NCBI GenBank assembly: GCA_964057225.1
Contig: OZ059899.1
Coordinates: 20,212,001 to 20,276,000, forward strand
Length of the DNA stretch: 64,000 nt
Origin: Auanema rhodensis
Taxonomy: Eukaryota; Animalia; Nematoda
Direction: 5' to 3'
Shown here piece by piece: positions 25,875 through 40,300 of this stretch. The stretch's first letter is position 1, and every line of letters begins with the position of its first letter. A program made the position numbers and the translations under genes. Below the pieces are notes generated by a model. It was not told the origin of the DNA. It saw only the letters and a program-made list of their open reading frames with translations, and ran no database searches.

Positions 25875-28690
25875 AACGTACACGTGGTGTGCACTCGGTA
25901 TGTAACTCGCTTCACGTGTAAGATAAAGAGATGCGGTTTTCAAAATTAGATTCCCCATGTCCATATTAGTCTAAAAACAATTTTTTACTGATATTGGTGC
26001 ATGGTAACCATGACTTTGAAATTTACGTGAACTTTTATTTATGCTAATTAAACGTACACGTGGTGTGCACTCGGTATGTAACTCGCTTCACGTGGAAGAT
26101 AAAGAGATGCGGTTTTTAAAATTAGATTCCCCATGTCCATATTAGTCTAAAAACAATTTTTTACTGATATTGGTGCATGGTAACCATGACTTTGAACTTT
26201 ACGTGAACTTTTATTTATGCTACATAAATGTACACGTGATGTGCACTTGGTATGTAACTCGCTTCACGTGAAAGATAAAAAGATGCGGTTTTTAAAATTA
26301 GATTCCCCATGTCCATATTAGTCTAAAAACAATTTTTTACTGATATTGGTGCATGGTAACCATGACTTTGAACTTTACGTGAACTTTTATTTATGCTAAT
26401 TAAACGTACACGTGGTGTGCACTCGGTATGTAACTCGCTTCACGTGAAAGATAAAGAGATGCGGTTTTTAAAATTAGATTCCCCATGTCCATATTAGTCT
26501 AAAAACAATTTTTTACTGATATTGGTGCATGGTAACCATGATTTTGAAATTTACGTGAACTTTTATTTATGCTAATTAAACGTACACGTGGTGTGCACTC
26601 GGTATGTAACTCGCTTCACGTGAAAGATAAAGAGATGCGGTTTTTAAAATTAGATTCCCCATGTCCATATTAGTCTAAAAACAATTTTTTACTGATATTG
26701 GTGCATGGTAACCATGATTTTGAAATTTACGTGAACTTTAATTTATGCTAATTAAACGTACACGTGATGTGCACTTGGTATGTAACTCGCTTCACGTGAA
26801 AGATAAAGAGATGCGGTTTTTAAAATTAGATTCCCCATGTCCATATTAGTCTAAAAACAAATTTTTATTGATATTGGTGCATGGTAACCATGACTTTGAA
26901 CTTTACGTGAACTTTTATTTATGCTAATTAAACGTACACGTGGTGAGCACTCGGTATGTAACTCGCTTCACGTGAAAGATAAAGAGATGCGGTTTTTAAA
27001 ATTAGATTCCCCATGTCCATATTAGTCTAAAAACAAATTTTTATTGATATTGGTGCATGGTAACCATGACTTTGAACTTTACGTGAACTTTTATTTATGC
27101 TAATTAAACGTACACGTGGTGTGCACTCGGTATGTAACTCGCTTCACGTGAAAGATAAAAAGATGCGGTTTTTAAAATTAGATTCCCCATGTCCATATTA
27201 GTCTAAAAACAATTTTTTACTGATATTGGTGCATGGTAACCATGACTTTGAACTTTACGTGAACTTTTATTTATGCTAATTAAACGTACACGTGGTGTGG
27301 ACTCGGTATGTAACTCGCTTCACGTGAAAGATAAAGAGATGCGGTTTTTAAAATTAGATTCCCCATGTCCATATTAGTCTAAAAACAATTTTTTACTGAT
27401 ATTGGTGCATGGTAACCATGATTTTGAAATTTACGTGAACTTTTATTTATGCTAATTAAACGTACACGTGGTGTGCACTCGGTATGTAACTCGCTTCACG
27501 TGAAAGATAAAGAGATGCGGTTTTTAAAATTAGATTCCCCATGTCCATATTAGTCTAAAAACAATTTTTTACTGATATTGGTGCATGGTAACCATGATTT
27601 TGAAATTTACGTGAACTTTAATTTATGCTAATTAAACGTACACGTGATGTGCACTTGGTATGTAACTCGCTTCACGTGAAAGATAAAGAGATGCGGTTTT
27701 TAAAATTAGATTCCCCATGTCCATATTAGTCTAAAAACAATTTTTTACTGATATTGGTGCATGGTAACCATGATTTTGAAATTTACGTGAACTTTAATTT
27801 ATGCTAATTAAACGTACACGTGATGTGCACTTGGTATGTAACTCGCTTCACGTGAAAGATAAAGAGATGCGGTTTTTAAAATTAGATTCCCCATGTCCAT
27901 ATTAGTCTAAAAACAAATTTTTATTGATATTGGTGCATGGTAACCATGACTTTGAACTTTACGTGAACTTTTATTTATGCTAATTAAACGTACACGTGGT
28001 GAGCACTCGGTATGTAACTCGCTTCACGTGAAAGATAAAGAGATGCGGTTTTTAAAATTAGATTCCCCATGTCCATATTAGTCTAAAAACAAATTTTTAT
28101 TGATATTGGTGCATGGTAACCATGACTTTGAACTTTACGTGAACTTTTATTTATGCTAATTAAACGTACACGTGGTGTGCACTCGGTATGTAACTCGCTT
28201 CACGTGAAAGATAAAAAGATGCGGTTTTTAAAATTAGATTCCCCATGTCCATATTAGTCTAAAAACAATTTTTTACTGATATTGGTGCATGGTAACCATG
28301 ACTTTGAACTTTACGTGAACTTTTATTTATGCTAATTAAACGTACACGTGGTGTGGACTCGGTATGTAACTCGCTTCACGTGAAAGATAAAGAGATGCGG
28401 TTTTTAAAATTAGATTCCCCATGTCCATATTAGTCTAAAAACAATTTTTTACTGATATTGGTGCATGGTAACCATGATTTTGAAATTTACGTGAACTTTT
28501 ATTTATGCTAATTAAACGTACACGTGGTGTGCACTCGGTATGTAACTCGCTTCACGTGAAAGATAAAGAGATGCGGTTTTTAAAATTAGATTCCCCATGT
28601 CCATATTAGTCTAAAAACAAATTTTTATTGATATTGGTGCATGGTAACCATGACTTTGAAATTTACGTGAACTTTAATTTATGCTAATTA
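25875..28690. repeat. Island of left-subfamily monomers (copy of ~15490-17600) with an internal 6-monomer tandem duplication
   Basis: GTGGAAG 15710->26095 and TGTGGACTC 16915->27300 (offset 10385). Private GTGAGCAC at 26946 and 28002 (offset 1056). Confidence 0.88.
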
Positions 28691-31600
28691 AATGTACACG
28701 TGATGTGCACTTGGTATGTAACTCGCTTCACGTGAAAGATAAAGAGATGCAGTTCTCAAAATTAGATTCCCCATGTCCATATTAGTCTAGAAACAAATTT
28801 TTATTGATATGGGTGCATGGTAACCATGACTTTGAAATTTACGTGAACTTTAATTTATGCTAATTAAATGTACACGTGATGTGCACTTGGTATGTAACTT
28901 GCTTCACGTGAAAGATAAAGAGATGCGGTTTTCAAAATTAGATTCCCCATGTCCATATTAGTCTTAAAACAAATTTTCATTGATATTGGTGCATGGTAAC
29001 CATGACTTTGAAATTTACGTGAACTTTAATTTATGCTAATTAAATGTACACGTGATGTGCACTTGGTATGTAACTCGCTTCACGTGAAAGATAAAGAGAT
29101 GCAGTTCTCAAAATTAGATTCCCCATGTCCATATTAGTCTAAAAACAAATTTTTATTGATATTGGTGCATGGTAACCATGACTTTGAAATTTACGTGAAC
29201 TTTAATTTATGCTAATTAAACGTACACGTGGTGTGCACTCGGTATGTAACTCGCTTCACGTGAAAGATAAGGAGATGCAGTTCTCAAAATTAGATTCCCC
29301 ATGTCCATATTAGTCTAAAAACAAATTTTTACTGATATTGGTGCATGGTAACCATGACTTTGAAATTTACGTGAACTTCAATTTATGCTAATTAAATGTA
29401 CACGTGGTGTGCACTTGGTATGTAACTCGCTTCACGTGAAAGATAAAGAGATGCGGTTTTAAAAATTAGATTCCCCATGTCCATATTAGTCTAAAAACAG
29501 TTTTTTACTGATATTGGTGCATGGTAACCATGATTTTGAAATTTACGTGAACTTTAATTTATGCTAATTAAATGTACACGTGGTGTGCACTCGGTATGTA
29601 ACTCGCTTCACGTGAAAGATAAAGAGATGCGGTTAACAAAATTAGATTTCCTATGTCCATATTAGTCTAAAAACAAATTTTTATTGATATTGGTTCATGG
29701 TAACCATGACTTTGAAATTTACGTGAACTTTAATTTATGCTAATTAAATGTACACGTGGTGTGCACTCGGTATGTAACTCGCTTCACGTGAAAGATAAAG
29801 AGATGCGGTTAACAAAATTAGATTTCCTATGTCCATATTAGTCTAAAAACAAATTTTTATTGATATTGGTTCATGGTAACCATGACTTTGAACTTTACGT
29901 GAACTTTAATTTATGCTAATTAAATGTACAAGTGATGTGCACTCGGTATGTAACTCGCTTCACGTGAAAGATAAAAAGATGCGGTTTTCAAAATTAGATT
30001 CCCCATGTCCATATTAGTCTAAAAACAAATTTTTATTGATATTGGTGCATGGTAACCATGACTTTGAAATTTACGTGAACTTTAATTTATGCTAATTAAA
30101 TGTACAAGTGATGTGCACTTGGTATGTAACTCGCTTCACGTGAAAGATAAGGAGATGCGGTTTTCACAATTAGATTTCCTATGTCCATATTAGTCTAAAA
30201 ACAAATTTTTACTGATATTGGTGCATGGTAACCATGACTTTGAAATTTACGTGAACTTCAATTTATGCTAATTAAATGTACACGTGGTGTGCACTTGGTA
30301 TGTAACTCGCTTCACGTGAAAGATAAAGAGATGCGGTTTTAAAAATTAGATTCCCCATGTCCATATTAGTCTAAAAACAGTTTTTTACTGATATTGGTGC
30401 ATGGTAACCATGATTTTGAAATTTACGTGAACTTTAATTTATGCTAATTAAATGTACACGTGGTGTGCACTCGGTATGTAACTCGCTTCACGTGAAAGAT
30501 AAAGAGATGCGGTTAACAAAATTAGATTTCCTATGTCCATATTAGTCTAAAAACAAATTTTTATTGATATTGGTTCATGGTAACCATGACTTTGAAATTT
30601 ACGTGAACTTTAATTTATGCTAATTAAATGTACACGTGATGTGCACTTGGTATGTAACTCGCTTCACGTGAAAGATAAAGAGATGCAGTTCTCAAAATTA
30701 GATTCCCCATGTCCATATTAGTCTAGAAACAAATTTTTATTGATATTGGTGCATGGTAACCATGACTTTGAAATTTACGTGAACTTTAATTTATGCTAAT
30801 TAAATGTACACGTGGTGTGCACTCGGTATGTAACTCGCTTCACGTGAAAGATGAAGAGATGCGGTTATCAAAATTAGATTTCCCATGTCCATATTAGTCT
30901 AAAAACAAATTTTTATTGATATTGGTTCATGGTAACCATGACTTTGAAATTTACGTGAACTTTAATTTATGCTAATTAAATGTACACGTGATGTGCACTT
31001 GGTATGTAACTCGCTTCACGTGAAAGATAAAGAGATGCAGTTCTCAAAATTAGATTCCCCATGCCCATATTAGTCTAAAAACAAATTTTTATTGATATTG
31101 GTGCATGGTAACCATGACTTTGAAATTTACGTGAACTTTAATTTATGCTAATTAAATGTACACGTGGTGTGCACTCGGTATGTAACTCGCTTCACGTGAA
31201 AGATAAAGAGATGCGGTTATCAAAATTAGATTTCCCATGTCCATATTAGTCTAAAAACAAATTTTTATTGATATTGGTGCATGGTAACCATGACTTTGAA
31301 TTTTACGTGAACTTTGATTTATGCTAATTAAATGTACACGTGATGTGCACTTGGTATGTAACTTGCTTCACGTGAAAGATAAAGAGATGCGGTTTTCAAA
31401 ATTAGATTCCCCATGTCCATATTAGTCTTAAAACAAATTTTTATTGATATTGGTGCATGGTAACCATGACTTTGAAATTTACGTGAACTTTAATTTATGC
31501 TAATTAAATGTACAAGTGATGTGCACTTGGTATGTAACTCGCTTCACGTGAAAGATAAGGAGATGCGGTTTTCACAATTAGATTCCCCATGTCCATATTA

Positions 31601-34600
31601 GTCTAAAAACAAATTTTTATTGATATTGGTGCATGGTAACCATGACTTTGAAATTTACGTGAACTTCAATTTATGCTAATTAAATGTACACGCGGTGTGC
31701 ACTTGGTATGTAACTCGCTTCACGTGAAAGATAAAGAGATGCGGTTTTAAAAATTAGATTCCCCATGTCCATATTAGTCTAAAAACAGTTTTTTACTGAT
31801 ATTGGTGCATGGTAACCATGATTTTGAAATTTACGTGAACTTTAATTTATGCTAATTAAATGTACACGTGATGTGCACTTGGTATGTAACTTGCTTCACG
31901 TGAAAGATAAAGAGATGCGGTTTTCAAAATAAGATTCCCCATGTCCATATTAGTCTAAAAACAGTTTTTTACTGATATTGGTGCATGGTAACCATGATTT
32001 TGAAATTTACGTGAACTTTAATTTATGCTAATTAAATGTACAAGTGATGTGCACTCGGAATGTAACTCGCTTCACGTGAAAGATAAAGAGATGCGGTTAA
32101 CAAAATTAGATTTCCTATGTCCATATTAGTCTAAAAACAAATTTTTATTGATATTGGTTCATGGTAACCATGACTTTGAAATTTACGTGAACTTTAATTT
32201 ATGCTAATTAAATGTACACGTGATGTGCACTTGGTATGTAACTCGCTTCACGTGGAAGATAAAGAGATGCAGTTCTCAAAATTAGATTCCCCATGCCCAT
32301 ATTAGTCTAAAAACAAATTTTTATTGATATTGGTGCATGGTAACCATGACTTTGAAATTTACGTGAACTTTAATTTATGCTAATTAAATGTACACGTGGT
32401 GTGCACTCGGTATGTAACTCGCTTCACGTGAAAGATAAAGAGATGCGGTTATCAAAATTAGATTTCCCATGTCCATATTAGTCTAAAAACAAATTTTTAT
32501 TGATATTGGTGCATGGTAACCATGACTTTGAATTTTACGTGAACTTTGATTTATGCTAATTAAATGTACACGTGATGTGCACTTGGTATGTAACTTGCTT
32601 CACGTGAAAGATAAAGAGATGCGGTTTTCAAAATTAGATTCCCCATGTCAATATTAGTCTTAAAACAAATTTTTATTGATATTGGTGCATGGTAACCATG
32701 ACTTTGAAATTTACGTGAACTTTAATTTATGCTAATTAAATGTACAAGTGATGTGCACTTGGTATGTAACTCGCTTCACGTGAAAGATAAGGAGATGCGG
32801 TTTTCACAATTAGATTCCCCATGTCCATATTAGTCTAAAAACAAATTTTTATTGATATTGGTGCATGGTAACCATGACTTTGAAATTTACGTGAACTTCA
32901 ATTTATGCTAATTAAATGTACACGCGGTGTGCACTTGGTATGTAACTCGCTTCACGTGAAAGATAAAGAGATGCGGTTTTAAAAATTAGATTCCCCATGT
33001 CCATATTAGTCTAAAAACAGTTTTTTACTGATATTGGTGCATGGTAACCATGATTTTGAAATTTACGTGAACTTTAATTTATGCTAATTAAATGTACACG
33101 TGGTGTGCACTCGGTATGTAACTCGCTTCACGTGAAAGATAAAGAGATGCGGTTAACAAAATTAGATTTCCTATGTCCATATTAGTCTAAAAACAAATTT
33201 TTATTGATATTGGTTCATGGTAACCATGACTTTGAAATTTACGTGAACTTTAATTTATGCTAATTAAATGTACACGTGATGTGCACTTGGTATGTAACTC
33301 GCTTCACGTGAAAGATAAAGAGATGCAGTTCTCAAAATTAGATTCCCCATGTCCATATTAGTCTAGAAACAAATTTTTATTGATATTGGTGCATGGTAAC
33401 CATGACTTTGAAATTTACGTGAACTTTAATTTATGCTAATTAAATGTACACGTGGTGTGCACTCGGTATGTAACTCGCTTCACGTGAAAGATAAAAAGAT
33501 GCGGTTAACAAAATTAGATTTCCTATGTCCATATTAGTCTAAAAACAAATTTTTATTGATATTGGTGCATGGTAACCATGACTTTGAAATTTACGTGAAC
33601 TTTAATTTATGCTAATTAAATGTACACGTGGTGTGCACTTGGTATGTAACTCGCTTCACGTGAAAGATAAAGAGATGCGGTTTTCAAAATTAGATTTCCT
33701 ATGTCCATATTAGTCTAAAAACAAATTTTTATTGATATTGGTTCATGGTAACCATGACTTTGAAATTTACGTGAACTTTAATTTATGCTAATTAAATGTA
33801 CACGTGGTGTGCACTCGGTATGTAACTCGCTTCACGTGAAAGATAAAGAGATGCGGTTAACAAAATTAGATTTCCTATGTCCATATTAGTCTAAAAACAA
33901 ATTTTTATTGATATTGGTTCATGGTAACCATGACTTTGAAATTTACGTGAACTTTAATTTATGCTAATTAAATGTACACGTGATGTGCACTTGGTATGTA
34001 ACTCGCTTCACGTGAAAGATAAAGAGATGCAGTTCTCAAAATTAGATTCCCCATGTCCATATTAATCTAGAAACAAATTTTTATTGATATTGGTTCATGG
34101 TAACCATGACTTTGAAATTTACGTGAACTTTAATTTATGCTAATTAAATGTACACGTGGTGTGCACTCGGTATGTAACTCGCTTCACGTGAAAGATAAAG
34201 AGATGCGGTTAACAAAATTAGATTTCCTATGTCCATATTAGTCTAAAAACAGTTTTTTACTGATATTGGTGCATGGTAACCATGATTTTGAAATTTACGT
34301 GAACTTTAATTTATGCTAATTAAATGTACACGTGGTGTGCACTCGGTATGTAACTCGCTTCACGTGAAAGATAAAGAGATGCGGTTAACAAAATTAGATT
34401 TCCTATGTCCATATTAGTCTAAAAACAAATTTTTATTGATATTGGTTCATGGTAACCATGACTTTGAAATTTACGTGAACTTTAATTTATGCTAATTAAA
34501 TGTACACGTGATGTGCACTTGGTATGTAACTCGCTTCACGTGAAAGATAAAGAGATGCAGTTCTCAAAATTAGATTCCCCATGTCCATATTAGTCTAGAA

Positions 34601-37314
34601 ACAAATTTTTATTGATATTGGTGCATGGTAACCATGACTTTGAAATTTACGTGAACTTTAATTTATGCTAATTAAATGTACACGTGGTGTGCACTCGGTA
34701 TGTAACTCGCTTCACGTGAAAGATAAAGAGATGCGGTTAACAAAATTAGATTTCCTATGTCCATATTAGTCTAAAAACAAATTTTTATTGATATTGGTGC
34801 ATGGTAACCATGACTTTGAAATTTACGTGAACTTTAATTTATGCTAATTAAATGTACACGTGGTGTGCACTTGGTATGTAACTCGCTTCACGTGAAAGAT
34901 AAAGAGATGCGGTTTTCAAAATTAGATTCCCCATGTCCATATTAGTCTAAAAACAAATTTTTATTGATATTGGTTCATGGTAACCATGACTTTGAAATTT
35001 ACGTGAACTTTAATTTATGCTAATTAAATGTACACGTGGTGTGCACTCGGTATGTAACTCGCTTCACGTGAAAGATAAAAAGATGAGGTTTTCAAAATTT
35101 GATTCCTCATGTCCATATTAGTCTAAAAACAAATTTTTATTGATATTGGTGCATGTTAACCATGACTTTGAAATTTACGTGAACTTTAATTTATGCTAAT
35201 TAAATGTACACGTGGTGTGCACTCGGTATGTAACTCGCTTCACGTGAAAGATAAAGAGATGCGGTTTTTAAAATTAGATTCCCCATGTCCATATTAGTCT
35301 AAAAACAGTTTTTTACTGATATTGGTGCATGGTAACCATGATTTTGAAATTTACGTGAACTTTAATTTATGCTAATTAAATGTACACGTGGTGTGCACTC
35401 GGTATGTAACTCGCTTCACGTGAAAGATAAAGAGATGCGGTTAACAAAATTAGATTTCCTATGTCCATATTAGTCTAAAAACAAATTTTTATTGATATTG
35501 GTTCATGGTAACCATGACTTTGAAATTTACGTGAACTTTAATTTATGCTAATTAAATGTACACGTGATGTGCACTTGGTATGTAACTCGCTTCACGTGAA
35601 AGATAAAGAGATGCAGTTCTCAAAATTAGATTCCCCATGTCCATATTAGTCTAGAAACAAATTTTTATTGATATTGGTGCATGGTAACCATGACTTTGAA
35701 ATTTACGTGAACTTTAATTTATGCTAATTAAATGTACACGTGGTGTGCACTCGGTATGTAACTCGCTTCACGTGAAAGATAAAGAGATGCGGTTAACAAA
35801 ATTAGATTTCCTATGTCCATATTAGTCTAAAAACAAATTTTTATTGATATTGGTGCATGGTAACCATGACTTTGAAATTTACGTGAACTTTAATTTATGC
35901 TAATTAAATGTACACGTGGTGTGCACTTGGTATGTAACTCGCTTCACGTGAAAGATAAAGAGATGCGGTTTTCAAAATTAGATTTCCTATGTCCATATTA
36001 GTCTAAAAACAAATTTTTATTGATATTGGTTCATGGTAACCATGACTTTGAAATTTACGTGAACTTTAATTTATGCTAATTAAATGTACACGTGGTGTGC
36101 ACTCGGTATGTAACTCGCTTCACGTGAAAGATAAAGAGATGCGGTTAACAAAATTAGATTTCCTATGTCCATATTAGTCTAAAAACAGTTTTTTACTGAT
36201 ATTGGTGCATGGTAACCATGATTTTGAAATTTACGTGAACTTTAATTTATGCTAATTAAATGTACACGTGGTGTGCACTCGGTATGTAACTCGCTTCACG
36301 TGAAAGATAAAGAGATGCGGTTAACAAAATTAGATTTCCTATGTCCATATTAGTCTAAAAACAAATTTTTATTGATATTGGTTCATGGTAACCATGACTT
36401 TGAAATTTACGTGAACTTTAATTTATGCTAATTAAATGTACACGTGGTGTGCACTCGGTATGTAACTCGCTTCACGTGAAAGATAAAGAGATGCGGTTAA
36501 CAAAATTAGATTTCCTATGTCCATATTAGTCTAAAAACAGTTTTTTACTGATATTGGTGCATGGTAACCATGATTTTGAAATTTACGTGAACTTTAATTT
36601 ATGCTAATTAAATGTACACGTGGTGTGCACTCGGTATGTAACTCGCTTCACGTGAAAGATAAAGAGATGCGGTTAACAAAATTAGATTTCCTATGTCCAT
36701 ATTAGTCTAAAAACAAATTTTTATTGATATTGGTTCATGGTAACCATGACTTTGAAATTTACGTGAACTTTAATTTATGCTAATTAAATGTACACGTGAT
36801 GTGCACTTGGTATGTAACTCGCTTCACGTGAAAGATAAAGAGATGCAGTTCTCAAAATTAGATTCCCCATGTCCATATTAGTCTAGAAACAAATTTTTAT
36901 TGATATTGGTGCATGGTAACCATGACTTTGAAATTTACGTGAACTTTAATTTATGCTAATTAAATGTACACGTGGTGTGCACTCGGTATGTAACTCGCTT
37001 CACGTGAAAGATAAAGAGATGCGGTTAACAAAATTAGATTTCCTATGTCCATATTAGTCTAAAAACAAATTTTTATTGATATTGGTGCATGGTAACCATG
37101 ACTTTGAAATTTACGTGAACTTTAATTTATGCTAATTAAATGTACACGTGGTGTGCACTTGGTATGTAACTCGCTTCACGTGAAAGATAAAGAGATGCGG
37201 TTTTCAAAATTAAATTCCCCATGTCCATATTAGTCTAAAAACAAATTTTTATTGATATTGGTTCATGGTAACCATGACTTTGAAATTTACGTGAACTTTA
37301 ATTTATGCTAATTA

Positions 37315-40300
37315 AATGTACACGTGGTGTGCACTCGGTATGTAACTCGCTTCACGTGAAAGATAAAAAGATGCGGTTTTCAAAATTTGATTCCTCATGT
37401 CCATATTAGTCTAAAAACAAATTTTTATTGATATTGGTGCATGGTAACCATGACTTTGAAATTTACGTGAACTTTAATTTATGCTAATTAAATGTACACG
37501 TGGTGTGCACTCGGTATGTAACTCGCTTCACGTGAAAGATAAAAAGATGCGGTTTTCAAAATTTGATTCCTCATGTCCATATTAGTCTAAAAACAAATTT
37601 TTATTGATATTGGTGCATGGTAACCATGACTTTGAAATTTACGTGAACTTTAATTTATGCTTATTAAATGTACACGTGGTGTGCACTCGGTATGTAACTC
37701 GCTTCACGTGAAAGATAAAGAGATGCGGTTTTTAAAATTAGATTCCCCATGTCCATATTAGTCTGAAAACAATTTTTTACTGATATTGGTGCATGGTAAC
37801 CATGACTTTGAAATTTACGTGAACTTTAATTTATGCTAATTAAATGTACAAGTGATGTGCACTTGGTATGTAACTCGCTTCACGTGAAAGATAAGGAGAT
37901 GCGGTTTTCACAATTAGATTCCCCATGTCCATATTAGTCTAAAAACAAATTTTTATTGATATTGGTGCATGGTAACCATGACTTTGAAATTTACGTGAAC
38001 TTCAATTTATGCTAATTAAATGTACACGCGGTGTGCACTTGGTATGTAACTCGCTTCACGTGAAAGATAAAGAGATGCGGTTTTAAAAATTAGATTCCCC
38101 ATGTCCATATTAGTCTAAAAACAGTTTTTTACTGATATTGGTGCATGGTAACCATGATTTTGAAATTTACGTGAACTTTAATTTATGCTAATTAAATGTA
38201 CACGTGGTGTGCACTCGGTATGTAACTCGCTTCACGTGAAAGATAAAGAGATGCGGTTAACAAAATTAGATTTCCTATGTCCATATTAGTCTAAAAACAA
38301 ATTTTTATTGATATTGGTTCATGGTAACCATGACTTTGAAATTTACGTGAACTTTAATTTATGCTAATTAAATGTACACGTGGTGTGCACTCGGTATGTA
38401 ACTCGCTTCACGTGAAAGATAAAAAGATGCGGTTTTCAAAATTTGATTCCTCATGTCCATATTAGTCTAAAAACTAATTTTTATTGATATTGGTGCATGG
38501 TAACCATGACTTTGAAATTTACGTGAACTTTAATTTATGCTAATTAAATGTACACGTGATGTGCACTTGGTATGTAACTCGCTTCACGTGAAAGATAAAG
38601 AGATGCAGTTCTCAAAATTAGATTCCCCATGTCCATATTAGTCTAGAAACAAATTTTTATTGATATTGGTGCATGGTAACCATGACTTTGAAATTTACGT
38701 GAACTTTAATTTATGCTAATTAAACGTACACGTGGTGTGCACTCGGTATGTAACTCGCTTCACGTGAAAGATAAAAAGATGCGGTTTTCAAAATTTGATT
38801 CCTCATGTCCATATTAGTCTAAAAACAAATTTTTATTGATATTGGTGCATGGTAACCATGACTTTGAAATTTACGTGAACTTTAATTTATGCTAATTAAA
38901 TGTACACGTGGTGTGCACTCGGTATGTAACTCGCTTCACGTGAAAGATAAAAAGATGCGGTTTTCAAAATTTGATTCCTCATGTCCATATTAGTCTAAAA
39001 ACAAATTTTTATTGATATTGGTGCATGGTAACCATGACTTTGAAATTTACGTGAACTTTAATTTATGCTTATTAAATGTACACGTGGTGTGCACTCGGTA
39101 TGTAACTCGCTTCACGTGAAAGATAAAGAGATGCGGTTTTTAAAATTAGATTCCCCATGTCCATATTAGTCTGAAAACAATTTTTTACTGATATTGGTGC
39201 ATGGTAACCATGACTTTGAAATTTACGTGAACTTTAATTTATGCTAATTAAATGTACAAGTGATGTGCACTTGGTATGTAACTCGCTTCACGTGAAAGAT
39301 AAGGAGATGCGGTTTTCACAATTAGATTCCCCATGTCCATATTAGTCTAAAAACAAATTTTTATTGATATTGGTGCATGGTAACCATGACTTTGAAATTT
39401 ACGTGAACTTCAATTTATGCTAATTAAATGTACACGCGGTGTGCACTTGGTATGTAACTCGCTTCACGTGAAAGATAAAGAGATGCGGTTTTAAAAATTA
39501 GATTCCCCATGTCCATATTAGTCTAAAAACAGTTTTTTACTGATATTGGTGCATGGTAACCATGATTTTGAAATTTACGTGAACTTTAATTTATGCTAAT
39601 TAAATGTACACGTGGTGTGCACTCGGTATGTAACTCGCTTCACGTGAAAGATAAAGAGATGCGGTTAACAAAATTAGATTTCCTATGTCCATATTAGTCT
39701 AAAAACAAATTTTTATTGATATTGGTTCATGGTAACCATGACTTTGAAATTTACGTGAACTTTAATTTATGCTAATTAAATGTACACGTGGTGTGCACTC
39801 GGTATGTAACTCGCTTCACGTGAAAGATAAAAAGATGCGGTTTTCAAAATTTGATTCCTCATGTCCATATTAGTCTAAAAACAAATTTTTATTGATATTG
39901 GTGCATGGTAACCATGACTTTGAAATTTACGTGAACTTTAATTTATGCTAATTAAATGTACACGTGATGTGCACTTGGTATGTAACTCGCTTCACGTGAA
40001 AGATAAAGAGATGCAGTTCTCAAAATTAGATTCCCCATGTCCATATTAGTCTAGAAACAAATTTTTATTGATATTGGTGCATGGTAACCATGACTTTGAA
40101 ATTTACGTGAACTTTAATTTATGCTAATTAAACGTACACGTGGTGTGCACTCGGTATGTAACTCGCTTCACGTGAAAGATAAAAAGATGCGGTTTTCAAA
40201 ATTTGATTCCTCATGTCCATATTAGTCTAAAAACAAATTTTTATTGATATTGGTGCATGGTAACCATGACTTTGAAATTTACGTGAACTTTAATTTATGC

